Part shown: positions 1 to 8,289 of the stretch, one piece after another | How positions within the stretch are numbered: the stretch's first letter is position 1 | How the letters are laid out: each line of letters begins with the position of its first letter | Assembly (NCBI RefSeq): GCF_035285525.1 | Contig: NZ_JAYKGW010000173.1 | Location: forward strand, 21,817 to 53,816 | DNA length: 32,000 nt | Reading direction: 5' to 3' | Source of the DNA: Okeania sp. | GTDB taxonomy: Bacteria; Cyanobacteriota; Cyanobacteriia; Cyanobacteriales; Microcoleaceae | Translations under genes and position numbers: made by a program | Notes under the pieces: generated by a model | The model's input: the letters and a program-made list of their open reading frames with translations, nothing else | What the model was told of the DNA's origin: nothing | Databases searched by the model: none

Positions 1-102
1 GCCAACCTAAAATTCGTTTCATTTGAGATTTTTCCTCCATCTACAGGTATTAATGGTCAAGTTAACCTCTGTCTAGAGGGTAAAATTATTTTGAGTGAAT
101 GA
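1..102 (+). CDS. 3' end of an unidentified CDS entering from the left edge (partial)
   Basis: Frame 1 is open from base 1 for 33 codons (ANLKFVSFEIFPPSTGINGQVNLCLEGKIILSE) and stops at TGA 100-102. No family recognised, and it is too short to be sure it is coding. Confidence 0.25.
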   Translation, partial: ANLKFVSFEIFPPSTGINGQVNLCLEGKIILSE

Positions 103-271
103 TATAAATTTAATATTTTCTTTATAAGTTTAGAAATTACCCATAAAAACCTTATCAGAACTTAGGCACTTACCCTAGATGTAGTGCTTAAAACTCTTGT
201 GCAATAGTTTTTTGAATCTATATTATAGATATAGTAAGTCCTGTTTATCATCAAAAGGGCGGGTTTAGGTA

Positions 272-630
272 GGGTATGCTGATTTATCGGGAACCGTAAA
301 AGTCTTTATAAGGAGATGGGGAGATGGGGAGATGGGGAGATGGGGAGATGGGGAGATGGGGAGATGGGGAGATGGGGAGATGGGGAGATGGGGAGATGGG
401 GAGTAATTTTTTTCCCAACGTATGCGCCCAAAATGCGCTCCTTTTTAAACCTTTTTGAGCTAAAAGCTGACGTTTTTTCCCGACTTAAAATTCCTAAAAG
501 CTTTGTATGTCGATGCTTTCATATTTTTTCAGCAAGCCCTAGGTAAATCTGAGATGGAACCGGAATTGGTCGCTCTACAATATAAAAACCCTAATGATTA
601 ATAATTAATAATTAATAATTAATTATTTAA
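272..630 (+). mobile_element. MITE-like dispersed repeat, family 1 (GCTGATTTATCGGGAACCGTAAAAG end, internal octamer STRR)
   Basis: Colinear with 14075-14325: GCTGATTTATCGGGAACCGTAAAAGTCTTT, then an octamer STRR, then AGTAATTTTTTT..CAACG.ATGCGCC, a second GCTGA..TTTTT..CCCGA motif and terminal AATAATT heptamers. The same end sequence occurs inverted at 19661-19691. Boundaries are approximate. Confidence 0.5.
312..403. repeat. STRR: octamer GGAGATGG x11 plus a 4-nt partial copy
   Basis: Perfect 8-nt period counted directly from 312 to 403. It generates the artefactual ORF 316-546 (MGRWGDGE repeated). Confidence 0.97.
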
Positions 631-1747
631 TACCTAAATTTTGAGCATTCTGCCAACTTTTATAAGTTTCTGTATCACTAAGAATATTTACATTAAATAA
701 ATCTATTCCTTCTTCCTCTAATAAAGCCAATATTGCTAAATTTAATTGATCATAAGCTCTCGAATAATTTTTTAAATCATTAGTAAATCCAATTACTCTA
801 ATGATACGAGCATTTCTTTCGCATCCCTCAAATCTAACTGAACAAGAATCATATAAAATATCAATTGATTTTGGTATTTCTCGAATTTTATCCCTGATAT
901 GAGCTACTTTTGTAGATGAAATACCATCAATTTTAATATACGACATAAAAGCTGCTGTCTTATTTTCAATTGGCTGTTGAGAGAAACTTTTGATGCTACC
1001 ATCAATCATTTTAGAGTTAGGAATTTTTTGGGTGACTCCCTCATCGGGTATATAAATTGTTGTACTTCTAATGCCTATATGTTGTACAGTACACTTCAGA
1101 CCACTTGGCAGTAAAAGCCAGTGATTTACTCGATACAAAGTGTCAGTATAAATTACAATTGTCGCTAACCAATCAACAATAACATCCTTAAATAATAAGC
1201 CTAGTGAAAGACCAGCACCTCCGATTAAACCAAATATTGCAGTAGCAGAAGCTCCTAGTAATACTTCTCCTGCTTTTATAGTAAAAATTACGATGGCAGT
1301 TAACCTCAATAATTTAGGAATATAGGGGCTAATAATATCATCCAATTCCGTGTCTGTTTGAGCTGATAAAAGTCTCAAAAATTCTCCTAAAATTGGAGAT
1401 GTACGGTAGATAATTAGTGTGATATTACCTACTATTGCTAGGCTAATAATTCCTGTGATTTCTTGATTGAATTTGGGGGAAATATAATCTGTCAGGATTA
1501 ATTGTATAACCCGAAATCCCAATAAATAGATAAACCATCCGATAGGTTGTTTAATGGCTGCAATTAATTGGTCATCAAGGGTGGTTTTTGTATTACGAGT
1601 TAAAGCTTCAATTCGCTTAATTACAATTGTGCTTAATAATTTTTTGAAGACTAATGTTGCCATTAAAACCAGGACTATAACAAATATTTTTCTTAATGGT
1701 ATATCCTGTATTGTCAGAATTGTAATGCTTTGTAAAATTTGTTCCAT
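623..1747 (-). CDS. MscS-family small-conductance mechanosensitive channel-like membrane protein
   Basis: 374-aa ORF with N-terminal TM helices, then GLIGGAGLSLGLLFKDVIVDWLATIVIY..VNHWLLLP..KCTVQHIGIRSTTIYIPDEGVTQKIPNSKMIDGSIKSF. This matches the MscS pore-helix/beta-domain pattern (G-rich TM3, then ..G.V..I..R.T.......IPN). AATAATT heptamers abut the stop codon. Confidence 0.65.
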   Translation of the reverse strand: MEQILQSITILTIQDIPLRKIFVIVLVLMATLVFKKLLSTIVIKRIEALTRNTKTTLDDQLIAAIKQPIGWFIYLLGFRVIQLILTDYISPKFNQEITGIISLAIVGNITLIIYRTSPILGEFLRLLSAQTDTELDDIISPYIPKLLRLTAIVIFTIKAGEVLLGASATAIFGLIGGAGLSLGLLFKDVIVDWLATIVIYTDTLYRVNHWLLLPSGLKCTVQHIGIRSTTIYIPDEGVTQKIPNSKMIDGSIKSFSQQPIENKTAAFMSYIKIDGISSTKVAHIRDKIREIPKSIDILYDSCSVRFEGCERNARIIRVIGFTNDLKNYSRAYDQLNLAILALLEEEGIDLFNVNILSDTETYKSWQNAQNLGIK

Positions 1748-1920
1748 AATTAGCTGATAAGTTATTCAAACTTTAAAATTTACGTTAGATTAAAGCAGGA
1801 GGTATAGGATATAAAGGATAATGGAATAGTTTTTAGAGATAGAAATACTTTTGTTTACTGTTTTGTACGAATGTTGTATACAACGCCTCTATCTACTTCT
1901 TAGTTATCTTCTTCAATACA

Positions 1921-2030
1921 TACCTAAATTTTGCCTATTCTGTCAATTTTTATCAGTTTCTGTCTGGTATATCCTGTATTGTGAGATTTGTCATGCTTTG
2001 TAAAATTGTTTCCATCATTTGCTGATAATA
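1921..2030 (-). pseudogene. Internally deleted relic of a tandem MscS-like paralogue (3' end fused to 5' end)
   Basis: 1921-1966 aligns with the last ~46 nt of the intact gene (631-676, about 38/46 identical). 1967-2030 aligns with its first codons and leader (1698-1761, about 56/64 identical). Same orientation. The roughly 1 kb in between is missing. Confidence 0.65.
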
Positions 2031-2612
2031 ATAAAGCCAAATACTGTTTCTGACTTTACAGAACTACCTGCTTCCTGTCATGGCTAGTTTTGAATGTTTC
2101 TACTCATAGCATATCTGAGATGGACCCTGATTACTTCATTCTTGATTATAAATTTGTTCGATATTTTATCAAACAAATAAGCAAATTTTTATATTAACTT
2201 TAAGTTTTGACAAATTAAATAATATTAAAAACTTATATATGTAAACATTTCCTGCGGAATGTTTCGCAAACAGCTATTAGCAGTCAGCTTTTCCTGCGGA
2301 ATGCACTCACAAACAGTAATAAAAATGAATAAATCAAATATTTACTGACACTTATAGTAAATTTTAAGCAAATAATTAAAGCCTAATAATTAAGTAGCTC
2401 TAGTTGTCAACTAAAGGTAATAAAACCCATAGCTGTTAGCTGACTGCTGACAAATTATTACTTGAAGCTGCTAACTATGACATAATTGAAAGTTATGCAA
2501 AAAATTGAACATTTATATTTCAATTGTTAGTGCTAAAGAAAATTTTATCTGTAGATAGTGTATGATTCTGATATAATCAAAATTTGTCCCTATATATAGA
2601 GTGCATTATTAA

Positions 2613-5600
2613 ATGAATCCCAGTCCCGAACCACAAATTAATTATTTCCGAGAATGGACTAATAGCTGTGTTGATGACCAATTAATTAAGCTCAATGTTG
2701 TCCCTTTAGAAGGACAAGAACCTTATGAATTTTTATTTTATTCTGATGCTATTCCGCGACGCAATGATGGTCGAGTAACGAGCGAAATATTAAGGCGATA
2801 TGAACATATTGAGGAAGGTGGATGGTGGTGTTCTGGAATTGATTTATTGTCCGGAGAGGAGGACCTTTGGGGTTGTTTTAAGCCTAGTCAACCACGTCAT
2901 AGTTACGACGAAAAAAAGTTAATTAAATACGAACATCCTCCGAAGACTCCTACGAGTTTATTTGCTCTGAAAATTCCTCTACATTTATGGCAGAAAATAG
3001 CTGGTCGTTATCAATTAGAAATTCTTCGGGAAGATATCGATCATAATCAACCAGATTTGGGTTTTTGGCAGTGGTTTATGAAGCATCCTGAGATTCCTTT
3101 ATGTATTACTGAAGGAGCGAAAAAAGCGGGTGCTTTACTAACAGCATCTTATGTGGCTATTGCTTTACCAGGAGTATTTGGGGGATATCGAGTTTTGAGA
3201 GATGAATATGGGAATCGTATTGGCAAAGCAAATTTAATTCCTCAGTTAGAAAAGTTGATTAATAATCATCGAGAAGTTTATATTGTATTTGACCAAGATA
3301 CTAAACCGAAAACTATTAAAAATGTTAATGCTGCGATTAGAAAAACTGGATATTTACTGGCTAGAAAAGGATGTAATGTTAAAGTAGTTTCCTGGAATCC
3401 AGAGTTAGGAAAGGGAGTTGATGATTTAATCGCTAATCAGGGAAAAAATGTTTTTGATGAAGTTTATGAAAAGGCTTTACTTTTAGAACTTTGGAAAGCT
3501 AAATCATTTATTCGTCTCACATATCCTGTAAATTTGAGGGTTAATAGTCGTTATCTTTCAGAAGAGAATATTTTTAGTTCTTTAGGCAATAAGAATTTAC
3601 AGAAGTTAGATAATCTGGATTTAGCTTATAGTACAAATTTTCCAGCCAAACTTGTAGGGATAAAATCTGCTAAAGGAACTGGAAAAACTAAATTATTAGA
3701 AAAAATAGTTGCGGAAGCTGTAGCTAGGAATAAAAAAGTTTTAGTTATCGGTCATCGGGTACAGTTAGTACAAGAATTATGTCAACGTTTTGGATTGAAA
3801 TATATTACAGAAGCCAATTCAGAATCTCCAGATAATTTATTAGGTTTAGGTTTATGTATTGACTCTTTACATCCTAATTCCCAAGCAAATTTTAATCCAG
3901 AAACTTGGTCAGATGGAGTAGTAATTATTGATGAAATTGAACAGGTAATTTGGCATGGTTTAAATTCTAATACTTGTCGGCAAAATAGAGTAGAAATTCT
4001 CAGATGTTTTAAAACATTAATGCAAAATGTTTTAGGAGGAGTTGGTCAAGTATTTATAGCTGATTCTGACTTAAGCGATATTTCCATAGATTATTTAGCA
4101 GCTTTAGCAGGAATAAAAGTAGAACCTTTTATTATTCAAAATGATTGGTTGCCTGGAGAAAAAGAAGCTTGGCAAATTTTTAATTATCCAGAAACAACTC
4201 CCAAAAAATTAATAGCAGATTTACACAAACATATTTCTGAAGGTGGCAAACCAATGGTTTGTTTATCGGCGCAAAAATTAACAAGTAAATGGGGAACTCG
4301 TGCTTTGGAAGCTTATCTGAAAAAACAGTTTCCCCAGTTCAAAATATTGAGAATAGATTCGGAATCTTTAGCTGAACCAAATCATCCTGCTTATGGTTGT
4401 ATTAAATCATTAAATCAAGTCTTACCAACATACGATATTGTGTTAGCTTCTCCCTCAATTGAAACTGGAGTTAGTGTCGATATTCAAGGGCATTTTACTT
4501 CAGTTTGGGCAATTGCTCAGGGGGTGCAGGGAGCAACTTCTGTTTGTCAATCTTTGGGGAGAGTTCGTGAGAATATTCCGAGATATTTATGGGTAGCAAA
4601 TTCTGGTTTTAATAAGGTCGGTAATGGTTCGACTTCTATCACTTCTTTGCTCAATTCTGAAGAACGTTTGACTCAACTAAATATTAGATTATTACAACAA
4701 TCTGATTTTGATAGTTTGGACGATTTAGAAGTAAATTTTCAACCAGAATCTTTTTTGTGTTGGGCAAAAATGGCGGTACGTTTTAATGCGGGAATGAATA
4801 AATATCGAGAATCTGTTTTAGAATTTTTACAAAAAGAAGGGCATCAGATTAAAGAAATTTCTACAGAAGTTTTATCCGATAATTCAGAAGCAGAAAAATC
4901 ATCGGAAACTCCGATAGAAGTTAATAATTTCCAGGAAGTTATAGACACCGTAATTAAACAAAATTATCAGAGAGAATGTGAGGCGATCGCTACGGCGAAA
5001 AATATTAGTTTATCTGAGTATGAGAAACTCAAAAAAAGATTATCAAAACCAATTCAAAAACAACGGGAACAACGGAAATTTCAATTAATGTTACGTTATA
5101 ATATTCCTATAACTACTGAATTAGTTGAAAAAGATGATGAAGGTTGGTACGAACAGTTAGAATTACATTATTTTCTGACAGTAGGACGACCATATTTAGG
5201 AGCGCGAGATAAGGAAGTTGCCAAAAAATTGTTGGATTTAGGTAAAGGTAATATTTTTATTCCTGATTTTAATGATTGTTTATTAGGGGCAATTATTGGG
5301 GTAATGGAATTATTAAAAATCCCCTCGTTATTGAAGGATAAAAACCGGGAGTTGAAAAATATAGATCCAGATTTACAGTTGTTAGGAAAAACAGCTTTGG
5401 CAAATAGAAATGAAATTAAAACTATATTAGGAATAGGGTTAGCTGCTAGTTCGAGTCCGATTATAATTGTGCGACGTTTTTTAGAGAAAATTGGTTATAG
5501 TTTAGAATTTTTACGAACAGAAACTCATCAGAAAAAACGATTGAGAATTTATCGGATTGTTAATGCTGATGATGGTAGATTTGAAATATTTCAGCAATGG

Positions 5601-5639
5601 TTAAGTGGGGGGAAATTAGAGTCCAGTAGGGTGTGTTAG
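2613..5639 (+). CDS. Plasmid-type replication protein, CyRepA1-like (DUF3854/Toprim-like N-terminal domain plus P-loop helicase/NTPase domain)
   Basis: 1008-aa ORF. Toprim-like ITEGAKKAG (E167, nt 3111-3113) and acidic FDQD (nt 3288-3299). Walker A AKGTGKT (nt 3669-3689). Walker B VVIIDE (DE at nt 3930-3935). This architecture matches what I recall for cyanobacterial plasmid Rep proteins such as Slr7037 of Synechocystis pSYSA. The last 4 codons and the stop lie inside an inverted repeat. Confidence 0.7.
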   Translation: MNPSPEPQINYFREWTNSCVDDQLIKLNVVPLEGQEPYEFLFYSDAIPRRNDGRVTSEILRRYEHIEEGGWWCSGIDLLSGEEDLWGCFKPSQPRHSYDEKKLIKYEHPPKTPTSLFALKIPLHLWQKIAGRYQLEILREDIDHNQPDLGFWQWFMKHPEIPLCITEGAKKAGALLTASYVAIALPGVFGGYRVLRDEYGNRIGKANLIPQLEKLINNHREVYIVFDQDTKPKTIKNVNAAIRKTGYLLARKGCNVKVVSWNPELGKGVDDLIANQGKNVFDEVYEKALLLELWKAKSFIRLTYPVNLRVNSRYLSEENIFSSLGNKNLQKLDNLDLAYSTNFPAKLVGIKSAKGTGKTKLLEKIVAEAVARNKKVLVIGHRVQLVQELCQRFGLKYITEANSESPDNLLGLGLCIDSLHPNSQANFNPETWSDGVVIIDEIEQVIWHGLNSNTCRQNRVEILRCFKTLMQNVLGGVGQVFIADSDLSDISIDYLAALAGIKVEPFIIQNDWLPGEKEAWQIFNYPETTPKKLIADLHKHISEGGKPMVCLSAQKLTSKWGTRALEAYLKKQFPQFKILRIDSESLAEPNHPAYGCIKSLNQVLPTYDIVLASPSIETGVSVDIQGHFTSVWAIAQGVQGATSVCQSLGRVRENIPRYLWVANSGFNKVGNGSTSITSLLNSEERLTQLNIRLLQQSDFDSLDDLEVNFQPESFLCWAKMAVRFNAGMNKYRESVLEFLQKEGHQIKEISTEVLSDNSEAEKSSETPIEVNNFQEVIDTVIKQNYQRECEAIATAKNISLSEYEKLKKRLSKPIQKQREQRKFQLMLRYNIPITTELVEKDDEGWYEQLELHYFLTVGRPYLGARDKEVAKKLLDLGKGNIFIPDFNDCLLGAIIGVMELLKIPSLLKDKNRELKNIDPDLQLLGKTALANRNEIKTILGIGLAASSSPIIIVRRFLEKIGYSLEFLRTETHQKKRLRIYRIVNADDGRFEIFQQWLSGGKLESSRVC

Positions 5640-5769
5640 GCGCTAGCCGTAACGCACCGCTATTAAATTAATTGAAAAGTCATATAAGGAATTAATAATC
5701 GAGTAATCTGTAGGGTAGTTTAAGCATTCCTAAAAGATGGTGCGTTACGCTCCGCTAACACACCCTACT
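5625..5769. repeat. Long inverted repeat / MITE-like element, family 2 (AGTAGGGTGTGTTAG...ACGCACC arms)
   Basis: Left arm AGTAGGGTGTGTTAGGCGCTAGCCGTAACGCACC (from 5625) pairs with right arm GGTGCGTTACGCTCCGCTAACACACCCTACT (ends 5769). Related copies lie at 26308-26394 and, partly, at 28436 onward. Confidence 0.7.
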
Positions 5770-5902
5770 AGCTATAACTTTTGGAATTGATTCGCTTTAA
5801 TTTTATATTTTTCATGGCTGACTCAGGGTATGCTATCCTTATTTTATAACTAGATGAAAGTTAAGAGCAAATTCTAAATATATATTAGCAGAGGTAAAAT
5901 CA

Positions 5903-7096
5903 ATGACAACTAATATAGACATTATAAAAAATACAAGAATAGACATCATAAAAGATACAAGAGCTAATTGTTATTCTGCAATGGTTCAATTGAATGTAGC
6001 AGAATATTTAAAAATGGTAGAAAAAGTATTTAAAAAGAAAGGAGGTTTAGAAGGACAAAGAGACACTTTAAAAACAAGAACAGCTATTAGGACTCGCCAG
6101 AGAATGATTGATGATTTGAAAAAAGGAGCTATACTACCGCCAATAGTTCTAGGAGTTATTACTTCAGAAGAAGAGTTATCTACTATTGATAGATTAGATA
6201 GAAATGAATTACTAAATGTCATCAATAATCCTGAAAATAGCATATCTATCATTGATGGAATGCAAAGAACAACTGCTTTATATGAAGCTAAACAAGATAC
6301 TAATATTAGCGATAATAAAGTTCGGGTAGAATTTTGGATAGCATCTCAAGTAAATAGCTTAATCTATCGAATGTTAGTATTAAATACAGGGCAAATTCCT
6401 TGGAACTTGAAAAGACAAATTGAAACTGTTTTTCAAGCAAATTTGAAGGAACTAAAAGCAAAATTTCCAGATATAGATATTATCAAAGTTGATGACCAAG
6501 GAAAACGTAGAAATCCTCGTCAATATCATGCTAATAAAGTTATTGAGCTATTTCTAGTATTCGGTGCTAGAAAGGAAAAAGTTGACCTACAAGAGACATT
6601 AGCTGAAGAGTTTACTAAACAAGACTTTATAGAGTCAGTAGCTAATCCTGATTTTACAAATATATTCTATGAAGTAATGGGATATCTAGCTGACTTCGAT
6701 CTAGCTATATCTGCGTATAAAAATACAAATGAAGAGGGAGATTTTAAAGAAGGTAAAGACTTATTTAGTAGTCATTCAGCTTGTATTGGTTTTGTAACTT
6801 CTATTGCTATATATGTAAAAGGTAGACCTGGTAATGATTATGATTTAGAAAAACAAAATACAAGATGGAATAAAATAAAAAATAATGCTCATCAACTTTT
6901 AGAAAAACTAAAAAAAATGGAACCTATTGAAATAGCTGATTTTTTAGATTTTTCAACTCTTAATGAACTGATTAGCAGAAAAATAGGTAAACCTCATAAT
7001 TTTGAAAGAGAGTTTTTTTTAAAGGCTTTTAAATTATTGATAGAGGATAATTTTAGTGTTGAAACAATGACAGAATGTTGGAGAGCTTACGACTAA
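5903..7096 (+). CDS. ParB/Srx-fold protein of the DUF262/DndB-like type (DGxQR motif), with no attached C-terminal nuclease domain
   Basis: 397-aa ORF with GAGG 8 nt upstream of the ATG. Motif IIDGMQRTTALY (D118-R122, nt 6254-6268) follows GQRDTLKTRTAIRTRQRMIDDLKKGAILPPIVLG, the layout seen in DGQQR/DGQHR ParB-like domains. The C-terminal 250 aa are helical and unrecognised. The CDS call is confident. The family call is motif-level only. Confidence 0.6.
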   Translation: MTTNIDIIKNTRIDIIKDTRANCYSAMVQLNVAEYLKMVEKVFKKKGGLEGQRDTLKTRTAIRTRQRMIDDLKKGAILPPIVLGVITSEEELSTIDRLDRNELLNVINNPENSISIIDGMQRTTALYEAKQDTNISDNKVRVEFWIASQVNSLIYRMLVLNTGQIPWNLKRQIETVFQANLKELKAKFPDIDIIKVDDQGKRRNPRQYHANKVIELFLVFGARKEKVDLQETLAEEFTKQDFIESVANPDFTNIFYEVMGYLADFDLAISAYKNTNEEGDFKEGKDLFSSHSACIGFVTSIAIYVKGRPGNDYDLEKQNTRWNKIKNNAHQLLEKLKKMEPIEIADFLDFSTLNELISRKIGKPHNFEREFFLKAFKLLIEDNFSVETMTECWRAYD

Positions 7097-7103
7097 TACC
7101 AAT

Positions 7104-8192
7104 ATGTCTAGAAATATGATCGAAGCCAATAAATATATATTCAATCAATTAGCTAATTTTGTTGAAGAAAGCAAAATTGATGATACTTTTGATAGACAAA
7201 AAAAACGCTATATCGAAACTAATGATGAAGACAAGGAGTGGTTAAAAAAATTAAAAATAACCAACAAAAAATATCCAATTTTACCAAATTTTCAAACAGC
7301 ATCTTTTCAATATGGAGGTAATGATTATTTTGTAGCTATTGGTGTAAAGGAGAATTTAGAAATCAATCAAGAAGAATTTATTCAACCTCTAGAATTGAAT
7401 CCAGGTATATTTACGGCTTTATTATTTGAACTGAAAATATCGGTCGATCAAAAAGCTAATCCTCTTGAAATTACAAATGATTTTTTTAATGAAGGTGGAT
7501 ATAATTTCCATCAAGTAAAAGATTTTTTTGAACCAATCTTTGTTTATAAAATTCCTAAAAATTCTCCTTTTTTAAGTTTAGATAACATAAATATTGCCAG
7601 AATTTCTGGTTTCTATGCTGTTAAAAGCAGCCAAGTAATATCATTAAAATTTTTACCAAATACTCTAAATGAATTTGAAAAGCTATTCATTGAAGGTTCA
7701 AATAATATCCCCTATGAAAGTTTACTATTTAGCTTAGTTTCTGTTTCCTGGAAATATTCATTTCTTGATATTTACAGATGTATTGAAAGATTATTTCCTA
7801 TATCAGCATTAGAAGACTTACACAAAAAATTGAAGATTGAATACTCTCTCCTAAACTTTGCTGATGATATTGAGTCTTCTATTGGTTGGAGACCAAAAGA
7901 AAATGAAGCATTGAATAAACTGATTAATAATAATAGTTCTCTTGAAATAGCACGTCAGATACTTCGCGAAGTCAAAGATAATATTGAAGGTACAGAAAAG
8001 GGAAAACTTGGAGATTTTGTCTATGGCATTCGTAATTCAATAGTGCATTTTAGACCTGCCACAAAGCAAAATAAATTAGATGATAATAATTGGGATATGT
8101 TAATCTATTCATCTTTGCTAATTATTGAATATTGGTATGAAAAATATGAACCACAATTTACAGATAGTAATTTTAATGATAATGAGACTTAA
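7104..8192 (+). CDS. Hypothetical protein with a C-terminal HEPN-like domain (Rx4H motif), predicted RNase effector
   Basis: 362-aa ORF starting 7 nt after the upstream stop, so probably an operon. Near the C-terminus GDFVYGIRNSIVHFRP gives R310-N-S-I-V-H315 (nt 8031-8048), the RNxxxH form of the HEPN Rx4-6H motif, within a predicted helical region (aa ~195-350). The N-terminal ~190 aa are unrecognised. The CDS call is confident. The HEPN assignment is tentative. Confidence 0.5.
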   Translation: MSRNMIEANKYIFNQLANFVEESKIDDTFDRQKKRYIETNDEDKEWLKKLKITNKKYPILPNFQTASFQYGGNDYFVAIGVKENLEINQEEFIQPLELNPGIFTALLFELKISVDQKANPLEITNDFFNEGGYNFHQVKDFFEPIFVYKIPKNSPFLSLDNINIARISGFYAVKSSQVISLKFLPNTLNEFEKLFIEGSNNIPYESLLFSLVSVSWKYSFLDIYRCIERLFPISALEDLHKKLKIEYSLLNFADDIESSIGWRPKENEALNKLINNNSSLEIARQILREVKDNIEGTEKGKLGDFVYGIRNSIVHFRPATKQNKLDDNNWDMLIYSSLLIIEYWYEKYEPQFTDSNFNDNET

Positions 8193-8196
8193 TTTT

Positions 8197-8242
8197 GTAA
8201 GCATTCAGCTATTAAATGAACCTGAATGCTTACTTGATTTTA
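8197..8242 (+). terminator. Rho-independent terminator-like hairpin after the ParB-like/HEPN operon
   Basis: Perfect 12-bp stem GTAAGCATTCAG (8197-8208) / CTGAATGCTTAC (8222-8233), followed by TTGATTTTA, beginning 5 nt after the stop codon. The GTAAGCATT..AATGCTTAC hairpin is also a dispersed motif (see 14679-14704 and 10829-10855). Confidence 0.55.
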
Positions 8243-8289
8243 ATACTAAAAAGCACCAAAAATTACCTTTTCCATAACACCTTAAAACC

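Noticed and set aside
316-546. Track ORF of 76 aa (MGRWGDGE repeated)
   Set aside because: It is the translation of the octamer STRR (GGAGATGG)x11 plus MITE body, with no coding signal beyond the repeat.
2040-2612. Iteron-type replication origin upstream of the Rep gene
   Set aside because: The repeated words here (TTCCTGCGGAATG..CAAACAG twice at about 2248-2315, and CAGCTATTAGCAGTCAGC with its partial inverse at about 2431-2448) belong to dispersed families also seen at 10829-10880 and 12581-12615. They cannot be claimed as Rep-specific iterons from sequence alone.
5440-5475. tRNA-like T-arm sequence AGTTCGAGTCCGA
   Set aside because: It lies inside the Rep CDS and has no matching acceptor, D or anticodon stems around it.
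5903-7096. Classical plasmid partition ParB next to the replicase
   Set aside because: There is no ParA/Walker ATPase partner in the operon and the partner is a HEPN-like protein. The motif is DGxQR (DUF262/DndB type), not the partition-ParB arginine box as I know it. This is kept as an alternative in the finding's refutation criteria.
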